DNA of 64,000 nt from an uncultured archaeon (GTDB taxonomy: Archaea; Iainarchaeota; Iainarchaeia; Iainarchaeales; GCA-2688035): positions 8,544 to 72,543 of the forward strand of contig CAZXIC010000001.1 of NCBI GenBank assembly GCA_964640195.1. Direction: 5' to 3'. Positions within the stretch are counted from its first letter, which is position 1, and each line of letters opens with the position of its first letter. Below the pieces are notes generated by a model. That model searched no databases and was not told the DNA's origin. It saw only the letters and a list, made by a program, of their open reading frames with translations. A program made the position numbers and the translations under genes. Positions 16,589 to 25,781 of the stretch are shown piece after piece.

Positions 16589-17536
16589 ATGAAAAAACAA
16601 GAGTATACTCTTTTCCTTGATGAGGGAAACCCGCCACTTGCCGATGCGGATGCCGCAGTGCTCGGCGTCGCATTTGACAAAACCGGAAGCTATGAAAAGG
16701 GTTCAGCGAAGGCGCCTGCCGCGGTTTTCAGGGCATCGCACCAGCTTGAATTGGAGCAGCCGCTTACAGGGAAAACTCTTGACACAGCAATCCACAATAT
16801 GGGGATAATTGAGCCGAAAACAAGCGAGCAAATGGTTGAGAAAACAAGGGAAAAGGCGGAAAATGCAATCGGGGCTGGAAAGTTTTTTATTCTGCTTGGC
16901 GGCGACCACTCGGTTGTAAACGGCCTGCTTGCTGTGCTGCCTAAAGATGTTTCGTTTGTCAACTTTGATGCGCACCTTGACTTGAGGGAGAGCTGGCTTG
17001 GGACAAGGCTGAACCATGCCTGCGTTGCAAGGAGAATTTTTGATGCAGGCTTTGGGCAACTGTGGGTTGGCGCAAGGGACCAGATAAGCGAGGAGGAAAT
17101 AGGGTTCGTTTCAGCCCAGACGCTTGCGGAAAAAATTTTTTACTGCGCAACTCAGCCAAAAAGCTTTTATAAAACATTCGCGTATCCTGAATGGATAAAG
17201 AAGGAAAACGTCATTTCCGGCGGAATGCCGGGCGAGCTGCAAATGCAAAAAGTATTGGACGGCATAGGGGAAAGGGATGTTTGGCTGAACATTGACATCG
17301 ACTGCCTTGACTCAAGGGAGCTGCACGGCACAGGCACGCCTGTGCCATTCGGGCTCAAACTTGAGGGATTAAACGAGCTGTTGTTCAGGATTATTTCAGC
17401 CAAAAACGTTATTGGATTCAATTTGGTTGAATTGATTCCAAGCAGGAAAGACCTGAACAGCGAAATGATTGCTGCAATGCTCTGCTATAACATACTTTCT
17501 TGGAAATTCAGTTCAAACAAGGGGCCTGGGCAATGA
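16589..17536 (+). CDS. speB: agmatinase (ureohydrolase/arginase family)
   Basis: 315 aa. Metal-binding motifs GGDHSVVNG, NFDAHLDLR and NIDIDCLD. Translationally coupled (ATGA) to pdaD. Confidence 0.85.
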   Translation: MKKQEYTLFLDEGNPPLADADAAVLGVAFDKTGSYEKGSAKAPAAVFRASHQLELEQPLTGKTLDTAIHNMGIIEPKTSEQMVEKTREKAENAIGAGKFFILLGGDHSVVNGLLAVLPKDVSFVNFDAHLDLRESWLGTRLNHACVARRIFDAGFGQLWVGARDQISEEEIGFVSAQTLAEKIFYCATQPKSFYKTFAYPEWIKKENVISGGMPGELQMQKVLDGIGERDVWLNIDIDCLDSRELHGTGTPVPFGLKLEGLNELLFRIISAKNVIGFNLVELIPSRKDLNSEMIAAMLCYNILSWKFSSNKGPGQ

Positions 17537-18114
17537 TTCCACAATCGGTTTTTCTGACAAAGGGCGTTGGCATTCACAAGGAAAGGCTGGCTTCTTTTGA
17601 GTTAGCCCTGAGGAATGCCAGCATTGCACAGTTCAATTTGGTGCAGGTGAGCAGCATCCTGCCGCCGAACTGCAAAATCGTTTCAAGGGAGAAAGTCTTA
17701 AGCGCCCTGAAGCCAGGGCAGATTGTTTACTGTGTCATGGCAAAAAACGAAACAAACGAGCCGAACAGGCTGCTCGCAGCGTCAGTTGGCTTGGCTGCGC
17801 CTGCAGACAGGGGGCAGTACGGCTATTTGTCGGAGCACCACAGCTTTGGCGAAACCGAGAGGAGCGCAGGGGATTACGCTGAAGACCTCGCAGCCGAAAT
17901 GCTTGCCTCAACGCTTGGAATCGAAACCCCGGAGGGCATTGAATGGAAGGAAAAGGAAGAGGTCTTCAAAATCAGCGGAAAGATTGTGAGGACAAGCAAC
18001 ATAACCCAGTCAGCTGTTGCCCCAAAAATCGGCTACTGGGTAAGCGTCGTTGCAGCGGCTGTTTTTGTCGAGGAAAACAACTTTACTGCAAAGGGTGGCG
18101 GGGCAGTGCATTAG
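17533..18114 (+). CDS. pdaD: pyruvoyl-dependent arginine decarboxylase
   Basis: Track ORF trimmed to the ATG at 17533, which overlaps the speB stop. MIPQSVFLTKGVGIHKERLASFELALRNASIAQFNLVQVSSILPP includes the conserved VSS self-cleavage site. Confidence 0.88.
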   Translation: MIPQSVFLTKGVGIHKERLASFELALRNASIAQFNLVQVSSILPPNCKIVSREKVLSALKPGQIVYCVMAKNETNEPNRLLAASVGLAAPADRGQYGYLSEHHSFGETERSAGDYAEDLAAEMLASTLGIETPEGIEWKEKEEVFKISGKIVRTSNITQSAVAPKIGYWVSVVAAAVFVEENNFTAKGGGAVH

Positions 18115-18155
18115 CCGGCAAGCAAGCCTGCAGGGAAAATGGAATGCGGTTCTAT

Positions 18156-18914
18156 TTAATTTTCCCGAAAGATGCTTATCCCAAGTTGGATTTTTTTGAT
18201 GGTGTCAAAGGCGCTTATTGCAGCAGTGCTGCTTGTTGCCGGGTTTTTGCTTGGCCTGCTCTCAACAACTATGTGGAACTTTCCGAAGCTGCCCTCTGCT
18301 TCTACTTTGTGAACATTTGACCTGGCTTTCGGGTCGCTTATAATCTTCACCTTTGTTTTGTCAAAGCCTATTCCGTTAAGTGCGAGGGTTGCACTGATGT
18401 TGACGTTTTTTGGGAAAAGCCTGCAGGCTTCCCTTGCACTGCCCTCAAACAGCACTTTCTCATCCTTATCGCTTCTCCCAAAGCCTTTTGGTGGTTTCCT
18501 TGAGACCAGTTCAACGCTTTTGAGCAGATGCCTTACTGCGCTGATTCCGTCAATGCCGATTATTGCACCGCTTGGAACAAACAGGTGCCTGCCGCTTTTT
18601 TTGCATGCTTCCCTGATGGCTGTTTCAGTTTCCTTGAACGCAAGTGCACTCACTGAAAGAACCAGCAAATCGCATTTGCGCAAAATCTTTGGGGCATATT
18701 CAATTACTGCCCTATGGGAAGCGCATTCGACAACAAGGTCAATGTTTCTGTTGCACGCCTCCTCAATTGAATTGACAACGTTCTTTGCTGGGAAACCTTT
18801 AACTTTCTCTTTGTCTGTATCAAAAACAAAACCAAGCGCTAGGCTTTTATCTTCCGCTATTCGCTGCACGAGGTAGCTGCCGATTGTTCCAATGCCGATT
18901 ATGCCAACCCTCAT
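18156..18914 (-). CDS. nadX: L-aspartate dehydrogenase
   Basis: 252 aa. N-terminal Rossmann MRVGIIGIGTIGSYL, then ECASHRAVIEYAPKIL, LVLSVSAL, PSGAIIGIDGI. The size and pattern match NadX, and nadA is nearby. Confidence 0.72.
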   Translation of the reverse strand: MRVGIIGIGTIGSYLVQRIAEDKSLALGFVFDTDKEKVKGFPAKNVVNSIEEACNRNIDLVVECASHRAVIEYAPKILRKCDLLVLSVSALAFKETETAIREACKKSGRHLFVPSGAIIGIDGISAVRHLLKSVELVSRKPPKGFGRSDKDEKVLFEGSAREACRLFPKNVNISATLALNGIGFDKTKVKIISDPKARSNVHKVEAEGSFGKFHIVVESRPSKNPATSSTAAISAFDTIKKIQLGISIFREN

Positions 18915-18970
18915 AGCAATACCCTCTGCTTCAGTTCAATCACAAGCAATCCTGCCCCACTAAAAAATAT

Positions 18971-20011
18971 TCAGCGTATTTCAATTAAATGCTTTGGTGC
19001 AGCGCTCAGCTGCCTGCACCTTGACCCCTGGACAACAATGTTGTCCTCTATCCTTATCCCAAAGCCCTTGAGGTAGACTGCCGGCTCTATTGTCAGAACC
19101 ATTCCTGCTTTAAGTGAGTCACTGCTTCCAGCAAGGAAGCCTGCAGGTGCGTCATGCGCTTTCAGCCCAATGCCGTGCCCAAGCCCGTGAATCATGGCTT
19201 TGCCCGTCCTTTTTTTCAGGAAAGACGAAACCTGTTCAAAAACCGCAGGGGCTTTTGCCCTCTCAACCGCGAGCAGGGCAGCAAGCTGTTTTGCCTCAAA
19301 AACAGTTTTGTACAATAAGTTTTGCCTCTGCGAGGGCTTTCCGACTGAGAAAACCCTTGTCAGGTCAGCGCAGTATCCCTTGTAGCGGGCGCCGCAGTCA
19401 ATTAGCAGAATTCCCTTCCTGATTTTTTTGCTGCCTGGGACGTGGTGCGGGAAAGCGCTGTTTCTTGCGTTTGCAACAACGCTTGGGAAGGCAATCTCGT
19501 CATTGCTTTTTTTCCTTAACAGGAACTCAAGTTCCAGTGCAAGCTGTTTCTCAGTCATGCCTTTCCGGAAGATTTCAGGCATGTGGTGCAGCGCTTTTTC
19601 GGTTATTTTCACTGCCTTCGCAATTTTTGCAATCTCTGCCCTGGACTTAACTGCCCTTATTGCAGAAAGCTGCTCTGACACGTCCACAAACCGCTTTTTT
19701 GGCAGCTCGCGCCGCAGTTCTTTAAGTGAAGCAGCGGGGTAAAGCGACATGTTCAAGCCTATTCTCTTCCCGTGCAGCTCTCTTTTCAGCATAGAAATCA
19801 TCTGCTTTCTGCGCTTGACTGTTTTTACCCTAAGCAGTTTGCTTTTCACCTCTGGGTCCAGAACTGTCCTCACAAGCAAGGGCTTTTTCCCAGGGCTTAG
19901 GAAAAGGAAGTTGTTTGAAAGAAAATGAACCGGCAGCTGCGTGAAGTAGAAAAACGCCGGGTCGTAGTCATAAGGAAAAGTCCTGAGCAGGACAGCATCC
20001 ACTTTTGCCAT
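18971..20011 (-). CDS. M24-family Xaa-Pro aminopeptidase/dipeptidase
   Basis: 346 aa. Pita-bread fold motifs: LLIDCGARYKGYCADLTR, HGLGHGIGLKAHD, MVLTIEPAVY, GIRIEDNIVV. Confidence 0.8.
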   Translation of the reverse strand: MAKVDAVLLRTFPYDYDPAFFYFTQLPVHFLSNNFLFLSPGKKPLLVRTVLDPEVKSKLLRVKTVKRRKQMISMLKRELHGKRIGLNMSLYPAASLKELRRELPKKRFVDVSEQLSAIRAVKSRAEIAKIAKAVKITEKALHHMPEIFRKGMTEKQLALELEFLLRKKSNDEIAFPSVVANARNSAFPHHVPGSKKIRKGILLIDCGARYKGYCADLTRVFSVGKPSQRQNLLYKTVFEAKQLAALLAVERAKAPAVFEQVSSFLKKRTGKAMIHGLGHGIGLKAHDAPAGFLAGSSDSLKAGMVLTIEPAVYLKGFGIRIEDNIVVQGSRCRQLSAAPKHLIEIR

Positions 20012-20125
20012 GGCAAAAAGCCGTTTTATTTTATCCCTCAGCTCAAACCACCATCTTGCATTTTTTTCAGCCAGCCCAGCCGCTTTCTTTGCTTTTTTTT
20101 CAAAAGCCCGCTTCTTTTTCCCTGC

Positions 20126-21925
20126 TTAAACCACCATCTTCCCCTTTTTTATTATCCAACACTGCCTTCCCTTTTTGTCAATGGCGTAAATGTCCAGCTT
20201 CTGCCTCGGGCTATTTATTACTACATCGCAGTGGTATCTTGCCTCCCTGCCCGGCTCATACCCTGAGCCCAAAGCAATGTGAATCATCCTAGCGATTTTC
20301 TCTGCCTCAACAAGGTAACGGGACAATCCCGCGTTTGGATTCGTATTTATTGCGAACTCCCCAATCCTGTCAAAGTTTTGCTTCATCGACTCAATCATTT
20401 TTTTAGGCATGCTCTTGTTTTTTTCAAACAACTGAATCAGCCTCCAGGCTTCCCTCTTTCTCTTGTTCAGCGCTTTGAGAATTTTCCTGCTTCCATTCCT
20501 CACCTTATACCTGCCGTTTTTTACCTTTACGACCAATGGCTTGTTTTCGCTGATTACATAGCTCTGGTCTATTGCAATCACGACATCGCCAACAAAGGTT
20601 CCGCCCATTTTATGGGGCGTGAAAAACACCTCTCCGCTTGGAAAGTTTCCGTATCTGCCACTTTTTGTTTTGAAAATGGCTGCTGCTTCATGTGGCGTAA
20701 CAGGGTTTGTCTCGATGTCGTCACCCAGGACAGGGCCCTTTCTGCTTGAAATGTGCCTTAAATCAAGCTTTAAATCCGTTGAGCCTCCTTTCACCTTAAC
20801 GCCCTTTACAATTAGGGTTCTACTCTTTAACAGGACACCTCTTATCCTCTCATTCTTTTTTCTCAAAGCAAAGTAGTCAACGTAGCACGTTCTGATGTAG
20901 TTCTCAATGGGCAGGGTTTCAGTGATGGCATGCCTTGTGAGGGGCTTTCTGGCATCGTGTTTTGTCTGCTCAAGCCACCACGGCTTCAGGAACATCTGCC
21001 CTGGCGACTGCCACCTGCTTTTCCTGTTTGGTGTGGGATAGCCGATGCTTATTCCGAAAAAGTGCTTGCCCCCATAGCCCTTTCCATAAATCCCGAAGCT
21101 GGCGTCTGCAGGCGACAGGTTTTTTGCGCCGATGAACGGAGAAAGCCTCCTGAATGCCCTGAACCAAGGTTCTGGTATATTCTTCTCGTATTCGCAGCCT
21201 GCAAGCGTTGCTGCAAGGTCTGTGATGCGCTCCATGGGCTGCAGCTGCGACATCCTGGATGTTTCAGAACCCATGCCGACATTTCTGCACAGCTTTGCCG
21301 CTGCAAGGGCAAAGGTGTAAGAAATTGCGAAGCTGTCCAGGTAGTCATCCAGGGGCAGTTCAAGGTCCTTTTTCTTTGGAACCAGCTCAAAGCCGACGCT
21401 TACCCTTTCCCTTTTACTGATTCCGTAGCCCTGCCGCAGTATTCTCCTGTTTGTTGCAAGCAACTGCCTCCACCTGCGCTTTCTGAACCAGTCTGTCCTG
21501 AATTCAATCAATTCCCCGTTGCAGTTGAAGCCTTTTTTTCCCGCAAGCAGCTCAAGTTCCGGCTGCCTCATGAGCTTTTCAATGTATTTGCTCTTGGTTT
21601 TCCTCTCAACAGCTTTGACAAAGCCCTGCAGGGCTTTTGTTTTCCTGCTGCGTTTGCCCTGCTGCAGTTCGGAATAAATTTCCCAGGTTTTTCTCAAAAC
21701 AGGCAGAACCCTGTTTTCCCTGTCCAGCACAAAAACACTCATGTCAGCGCCAAGTTGATGCACTGCCCTGCTCAAAGGCGCGAGGGAGAAAAAGGCTTTT
21801 TCATTGCCCAGCTGCAGGCACACCAGGCAGGTGCTGCCTTTGTGCAGTTTTTTCCCGAGCATTCTTTTGTAGTATGCAACTGCTTTGTTGAAGCGCATCA
21901 GGTTGTAGCGTGCCATGGTTTCCAC
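20126..21925 (-). CDS. large hypothetical protein with a C-terminal M29 (aminopeptidase T/PepS)-like region
   Basis: 599 aa. The C-terminal IGEFAINTNPNAGLSRYLVEAEKIARMIHIALGSGYEPGREARYHCDVVI resembles the M29 metal-site block (GEFxIGTNP...DEK..G..HIALG...H.D). The N-terminal part, about 330 aa, is unrecognised. Confidence 0.45.
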   Translation of the reverse strand: METMARYNLMRFNKAVAYYKRMLGKKLHKGSTCLVCLQLGNEKAFFSLAPLSRAVHQLGADMSVFVLDRENRVLPVLRKTWEIYSELQQGKRSRKTKALQGFVKAVERKTKSKYIEKLMRQPELELLAGKKGFNCNGELIEFRTDWFRKRRWRQLLATNRRILRQGYGISKRERVSVGFELVPKKKDLELPLDDYLDSFAISYTFALAAAKLCRNVGMGSETSRMSQLQPMERITDLAATLAGCEYEKNIPEPWFRAFRRLSPFIGAKNLSPADASFGIYGKGYGGKHFFGISIGYPTPNRKSRWQSPGQMFLKPWWLEQTKHDARKPLTRHAITETLPIENYIRTCYVDYFALRKKNERIRGVLLKSRTLIVKGVKVKGGSTDLKLDLRHISSRKGPVLGDDIETNPVTPHEAAAIFKTKSGRYGNFPSGEVFFTPHKMGGTFVGDVVIAIDQSYVISENKPLVVKVKNGRYKVRNGSRKILKALNKRKREAWRLIQLFEKNKSMPKKMIESMKQNFDRIGEFAINTNPNAGLSRYLVEAEKIARMIHIALGSGYEPGREARYHCDVVINSPRQKLDIYAIDKKGRQCWIIKKGKMVV

Positions 21926-22003
21926 ACCTTAAATGAATCAGGAAAAGCTATTAAAATCGTTTTTCCGGGCTTATGCCGTAAATAAAATAAACAAAAAAAA
22001 CGC

Positions 22004-22168
22004 CTACTTTCTCTTCAGCATAGGCAGCCCTGTTCTCTGGTTCTCAACAACCGCAAATCCTTCCGGCAGGTCAATGCTGCTGGCGCTGTCCTTGCTGAAG
22101 TAAAACAGCCTGCCCCTCTGGTGCAGGTAATAGCGCTGCCCCTTGCTGTTCGTATGCTCGTAGCCCAT
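22004..22168 (-). CDS. 54-aa conserved-looking small protein (hypothetical; below the ORF-track cut-off)
   Basis: Own translation: MGYEHTNSKGQRYYLHQRGRLFYFSKDSASSIDLPEGFAVVENQRTGLPMLKRK. G-rich SD (GGGGGAT) upstream. The pattern KG..YYLH...FYFSK...LP.G..VVEN.RTGLP.LKK recalls a widespread small-protein family, but I cannot name it. Confidence 0.45.
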   Translation of the reverse strand: MGYEHTNSKGQRYYLHQRGRLFYFSKDSASSIDLPEGFAVVENQRTGLPMLKRK

Positions 22169-22247
22169 TTTTTGGATCCCCCCCTTCTAAGGTTGTGGTA
22201 GTATTAACTGATTTCTCCTTATTAAATTTTTTGCTCACATATCTGGT

Positions 22248-23333
22248 ATGGACAAAGGCGGGCTAACAGAGCGATTTAAGCAGTTTTGCGCGTCTCTTTC
22301 AGCAAAAGATAGCATAGGGGTAATCTACCACTGCGATGCAGACGGCTTTGCATCTGCCCTGGTAACGGCAAAGGCAATTGAATCGCTAACAGGGAAAAGA
22401 CCATCTGTTATAAGGCATTACGAATATGGCAACATGGTGCATGGCAGGAAAGCTGTTGAGAGTCTGGAGAAAGCGGCAGTAAACACGCTAATCGTGCTCG
22501 ACATTGGCATTGACAGCGCGCCCCACAGCCTGCAGGACAAGTACAGGTTCGAGAAATGCCTTGTGATAGACCACCACAAGATGTACAAGGATTTGAACAG
22601 CGAAAAAATGGTTTTCCTGAAAGCCCAGTTCTTCACCGAAAAAGACCCGAGCAGTTACGTGACAGCAAAATTCGCTTTCGATTTATTCAACCAGGTTAGC
22701 GATGTAAGTGGCTTGGACTGGGCTGCATGCATCGGCATCATTGGAGACATGAATTTGAGGAACTGGCGGCTGTTTGTGCAGAAAACGATTGAAAAGCGGG
22801 GGCTTTCGCTTACACTCTTGTATAACTTGGTGGATTTGATTGCATCGGTTGAAGTTCTTGCAACTGAAAAGCTCACTGAGCTGTTCTGGCTTTTCTACAA
22901 TGCGGAAACTCCAGAAAGGGTTCTTGACTCGGGTTTCAAGCGCTACCTACAAGAATTCAAAAGGGAAAAAGACCAGTTGGTTGAAGGATTCAAGGAAAAA
23001 GCCGAGAAAATACCTGAGCTTGAATTGTACTTTTATGCGATAAAGGCAAGGCATGAGAACATCAAAAGCCATGTGATAAACGAGATAAGTGAAATGCATC
23101 CGGACAAGACAATAATATTGATGCAGTATTTGGGCAGCGGCAGGGTCAGGGTCAGCGCAAGAAGGCAGGACTTCAAGGTGAGAGTGAATGACTTGCTTGT
23201 TGCTGCAGTGGAAGGAATCCCGGACAGCACTGCTGGAGGGCATGCCCCTGCTGCAGCAGGCAGCGTCCCAAAGCAGTATGCGAGCAGGTTTAAGGAAAAC
23301 GTTGTGGGAATTTTGGAGAAAAAGTACGGCTGA
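22248..23333 (+). CDS. DHH/DHHA1-family phosphoesterase (RecJ/NrnA-like)
   Basis: 361 aa. Motifs: VIYHCDADGFASAL, VLDIGID, VIDHHK (the DHH motif), and C-terminal GGHAPAAAG (DHHA1 GGGH-like). Confidence 0.75.
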   Translation: MDKGGLTERFKQFCASLSAKDSIGVIYHCDADGFASALVTAKAIESLTGKRPSVIRHYEYGNMVHGRKAVESLEKAAVNTLIVLDIGIDSAPHSLQDKYRFEKCLVIDHHKMYKDLNSEKMVFLKAQFFTEKDPSSYVTAKFAFDLFNQVSDVSGLDWAACIGIIGDMNLRNWRLFVQKTIEKRGLSLTLLYNLVDLIASVEVLATEKLTELFWLFYNAETPERVLDSGFKRYLQEFKREKDQLVEGFKEKAEKIPELELYFYAIKARHENIKSHVINEISEMHPDKTIILMQYLGSGRVRVSARRQDFKVRVNDLLVAAVEGIPDSTAGGHAPAAAGSVPKQYASRFKENVVGILEKKYG

Positions 23334-23339
23334 TGAAAA

Positions 23340-24338
23340 CTACTTTTTCCTCCTGCGAAAAGATTGCATTGCCGCCTCGATTTCGCCCTCGTTCTCCCTC
23401 AGTTGTGGCTTTATGTAGTCCAGCCCAAGGGCGTTGTAAACATCCTTTTCAGTTCTGCTTGCAATAACCCTGCTGCCTTTGAAAACGCCGTACTCGCTCA
23501 GCTTCATCCCCTTCTTTTGTGCAATCTTCCTCAATGCAATGCTGTGCTGCTTGCTGCCGGTGAAATACTGCAGGGCACTGCCCCACTGCAGCGGCTTTAC
23601 AACCCTTAAATCAACCTGCATGCCGCTTTTCAGGATGACACTGCTCTTTGTAGAACCGCGAGCGAGAACCTTTTTTACGGCTGGCATGGAAACAAAGGCT
23701 TTTGTCACCGGCTCTGGCTGGTTGGAGGCTGCAAGAACGTCAATGTCGCCGATTGTGGGCCTTTTTCTCCTCAGGCTGCCTGCAGCTTCTGCCTTTTCAA
23801 CTGCCTTGAGTTTTCTTAGGATCCCGACTATTTCCTTTGCGACAGGCAATGCAGCTGCAAGTGGAATCCTTCCACCCTTTCTGCCCTTGGCTGCGATTGC
23901 CCTAAGAATTTCCTGCTCGCTCTTCCGTGCAAAGCCTGGCAGCGCAGCAACCTTGTGCTGTTCCGCTGCCTTCCTCAAATCACGCAGGTTCCTAATGCCG
24001 AGCTTTTTGTGCAGCGTCATCAGCCTTTTCGGCCCAAGCCCAGGGACTGTTTCAAACTCAGCGGGGTTAAGCGGCAATGAGTTGCGCAGCTTTTCATAGT
24101 ACCTCAGCTTGCCGGTCTTGACCATTTCCTCAATTTTCTTTGCAAGCGCTTCGCCAATGCCGGGAATTTCCTGCAGGGCTTTCAAGCCGCCCTCTTTGTA
24201 TACCTGGGCAACGGGCTTTGGCATGGACTCAATTGCACTGCCTGCTGCCCTGTATGCCCTGGGTTTCCACTGCACGTTCTGCATCTCAAGGATATCTGCA
24301 ATCTCAAAAAAGATTTTCGCAATTTGTTGGTTGCGCAT
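23340..24338 (-). CDS. family X DNA polymerase, polymerase-beta-like core without a PHP domain
   Basis: 332 aa. MRNQQIAKIFFEIADILEMQN..KPRAYRAAGSAIE, HhH motifs (IPGIGEALAKKI, VPGLGPKRLMTL), and the nucleotidyltransferase motif AGSLRRKRPTIGDIDVL. Confidence 0.85.
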   Translation of the reverse strand: MRNQQIAKIFFEIADILEMQNVQWKPRAYRAAGSAIESMPKPVAQVYKEGGLKALQEIPGIGEALAKKIEEMVKTGKLRYYEKLRNSLPLNPAEFETVPGLGPKRLMTLHKKLGIRNLRDLRKAAEQHKVAALPGFARKSEQEILRAIAAKGRKGGRIPLAAALPVAKEIVGILRKLKAVEKAEAAGSLRRKRPTIGDIDVLAASNQPEPVTKAFVSMPAVKKVLARGSTKSSVILKSGMQVDLRVVKPLQWGSALQYFTGSKQHSIALRKIAQKKGMKLSEYGVFKGSRVIASRTEKDVYNALGLDYIKPQLRENEGEIEAAMQSFRRRKK

Positions 24339-24389
24339 GCTTGTAAGAGGGCTTTTCTTAATAATAATTTTTCTGTAAGCCTGGCAACA

Positions 24390-25106
24390 TTAAGTAGAAG
24401 CGGTTTTACGCACCGCGTATTCGCTTTCAGCGTTGTTTTTGCTTTCCTTAACCAGGTCGCGCAGTATCTTGTAGGTTTTTTCGCTGTCTTTCTCATCTAC
24501 GATAAAATGAATCTCAGGCGGAAAGCAGAACAGGTTGATGCTCACGCCGTTTTTTGCAAGCACTGAGGTCATTTCGTGCAGCACGCCGTGCGCTTCAAAG
24601 GCTTCCCTCGGCAGCTTTACTGTAACAATCGCTTTGTCCCTGTCTGCCACCTCAACAAAGCTGTCCTCAACTTTTTCAAGCAGGTCGTCCATTCTGCTGC
24701 TCCCCAATAAAACAACCAAATGGGAGGCAGAGCCGACCACTGTCCTGATTTCGTTAAAGCCCCAGTCTACCTCTTCAAACAGCGTGTCAACTGCCTCAAA
24801 TGTCTCAGGTGTTCTCTTGATAACGGCGTAGCTGACGCCGTCCTGCATTGAAAGGCTGCTCTGCCCAATCAGGTCCCTGATTTCGCCAAGGCTTGAAGAA
24901 GAGTGCTTGTCGGAGTATCTTTTTATCGCAACAATCAGCGATTCCTCATTGATTTTTTTATTAAGCTTTTTTTCCAAGAAAGGGGCAAACTTTCTTGCAA
25001 GGGCAGAGTAGTTCACTATGCCTTCGCCCACGGCGTATTTGATGTATGGGTGGTTCTCGATTGCCTGTGCAACTGTCTTGCTCAAAGAATTTTCCATTGT
25101 TCCCAA
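24390..25106 (-). CDS. hypothetical protein (possible N-terminal HTH-like and C-terminal ACT-like regions)
   Basis: 238 aa, a clean ORF. Segments VAQAIENHPYIKYAVGEGIVNYSALARKF and AIVTVKLPREAFEAHGVLHEMTSVLAKNGVSINLF are only suggestive. Confidence 0.4.
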   Translation of the reverse strand: MGTMENSLSKTVAQAIENHPYIKYAVGEGIVNYSALARKFAPFLEKKLNKKINEESLIVAIKRYSDKHSSSSLGEIRDLIGQSSLSMQDGVSYAVIKRTPETFEAVDTLFEEVDWGFNEIRTVVGSASHLVVLLGSSRMDDLLEKVEDSFVEVADRDKAIVTVKLPREAFEAHGVLHEMTSVLAKNGVSINLFCFPPEIHFIVDEKDSEKTYKILRDLVKESKNNAESEYAVRKTAST

Positions 25107-25781
25107 CCAAATGATATTTTTTGGGGAAAACTAATATAAATATATCATTTTTATAAAAATTTGCAATATTTTTATAAATTTCTGGCTGTTTGTTAAAATT
25201 TTGGGCAAATCCCCTGCCGTAAGCGCTTCACTGGAATGTATTTGTTTTATTTTTCGCCAGTCAATGCAGTTATGTTGTTTTTCTGCAATCCTGTGACTTG
25301 TTTCGGGCAATACATATTTAAATGAGCTCAGCAGCAATTATGCAAAAGTTGTCCTTTGGGTGAAATTATGAAAAAAAGCCGGAGGTTGTCCAAGTTGGCT
25401 CGCCAGAACAATGCATTTATCTGCTCTCTTCCTGGGGGCAAGGGCTTTGCAACCATTGTAATAGAACCCAAAAAGCCCTAGAGCGGACAAGGTAACGCCA
25501 ATGCCCGCAGCAGGCAGGGAGGCAATTAAGGGTCAATACCTATCTATCGTATCATAGAAGAGTGTCAGCATGATTTTGTTGTTTTCTTTTTCTGCATTTT
25601 TTTTGGCGACCGCTCTCAAGAATACTCTTCGCCATCGGGGTTTGCTGCATCGGCATATCGAAAAATAATAAACTATTCATTTATTAAAAGTTGGGCTAGC
25701 TGGGAAGGCTCAAAACCCGAAAACGCACAAACGGGAATAGCGATGAAACGTTAATATAATTCAAAATAACTTAATTATATT

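Noticed and set aside
20043-20140. 13-nt direct repeat AAACCACCATCTT at the 3' end of gene 20126..21925 and again about 80 nt away in the spacer before the M24 peptidase gene
   Set aside because: It is short and a single pair, and it could arise by chance or a small local duplication. No structural or coding consequence is evident.
20930-21985. 351-aa plus-strand ORF covering most of the 599-aa minus-strand gene
   Set aside because: Its composition is Cys/Pro/Phe-rich and low-complexity, with no motifs. The opposite-strand ORF is longer, has an SD-compatible start and carries an M29-like motif block. I treat it as a shadow ORF.
25368-25481. 37-codon ORF (MKKSRRLSKLARQNNAFICSLPGGKGFATIVIEPKKP) in the long non-coding gap
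   Set aside because: There is no convincing SD, no recognisable family and no second line of evidence. It is mentioned only as part of the gap finding.
25107-25781. RNase P RNA or SRP RNA in the 675-bp gap
   Set aside because: I could not find the conserved RNase P blocks (GAGGAAAGUCC or ACAGAA-type CR regions) or the SRP helix-8 GGAA/AGCA motif pair on either strand. This needs a covariance-model scan before any call.
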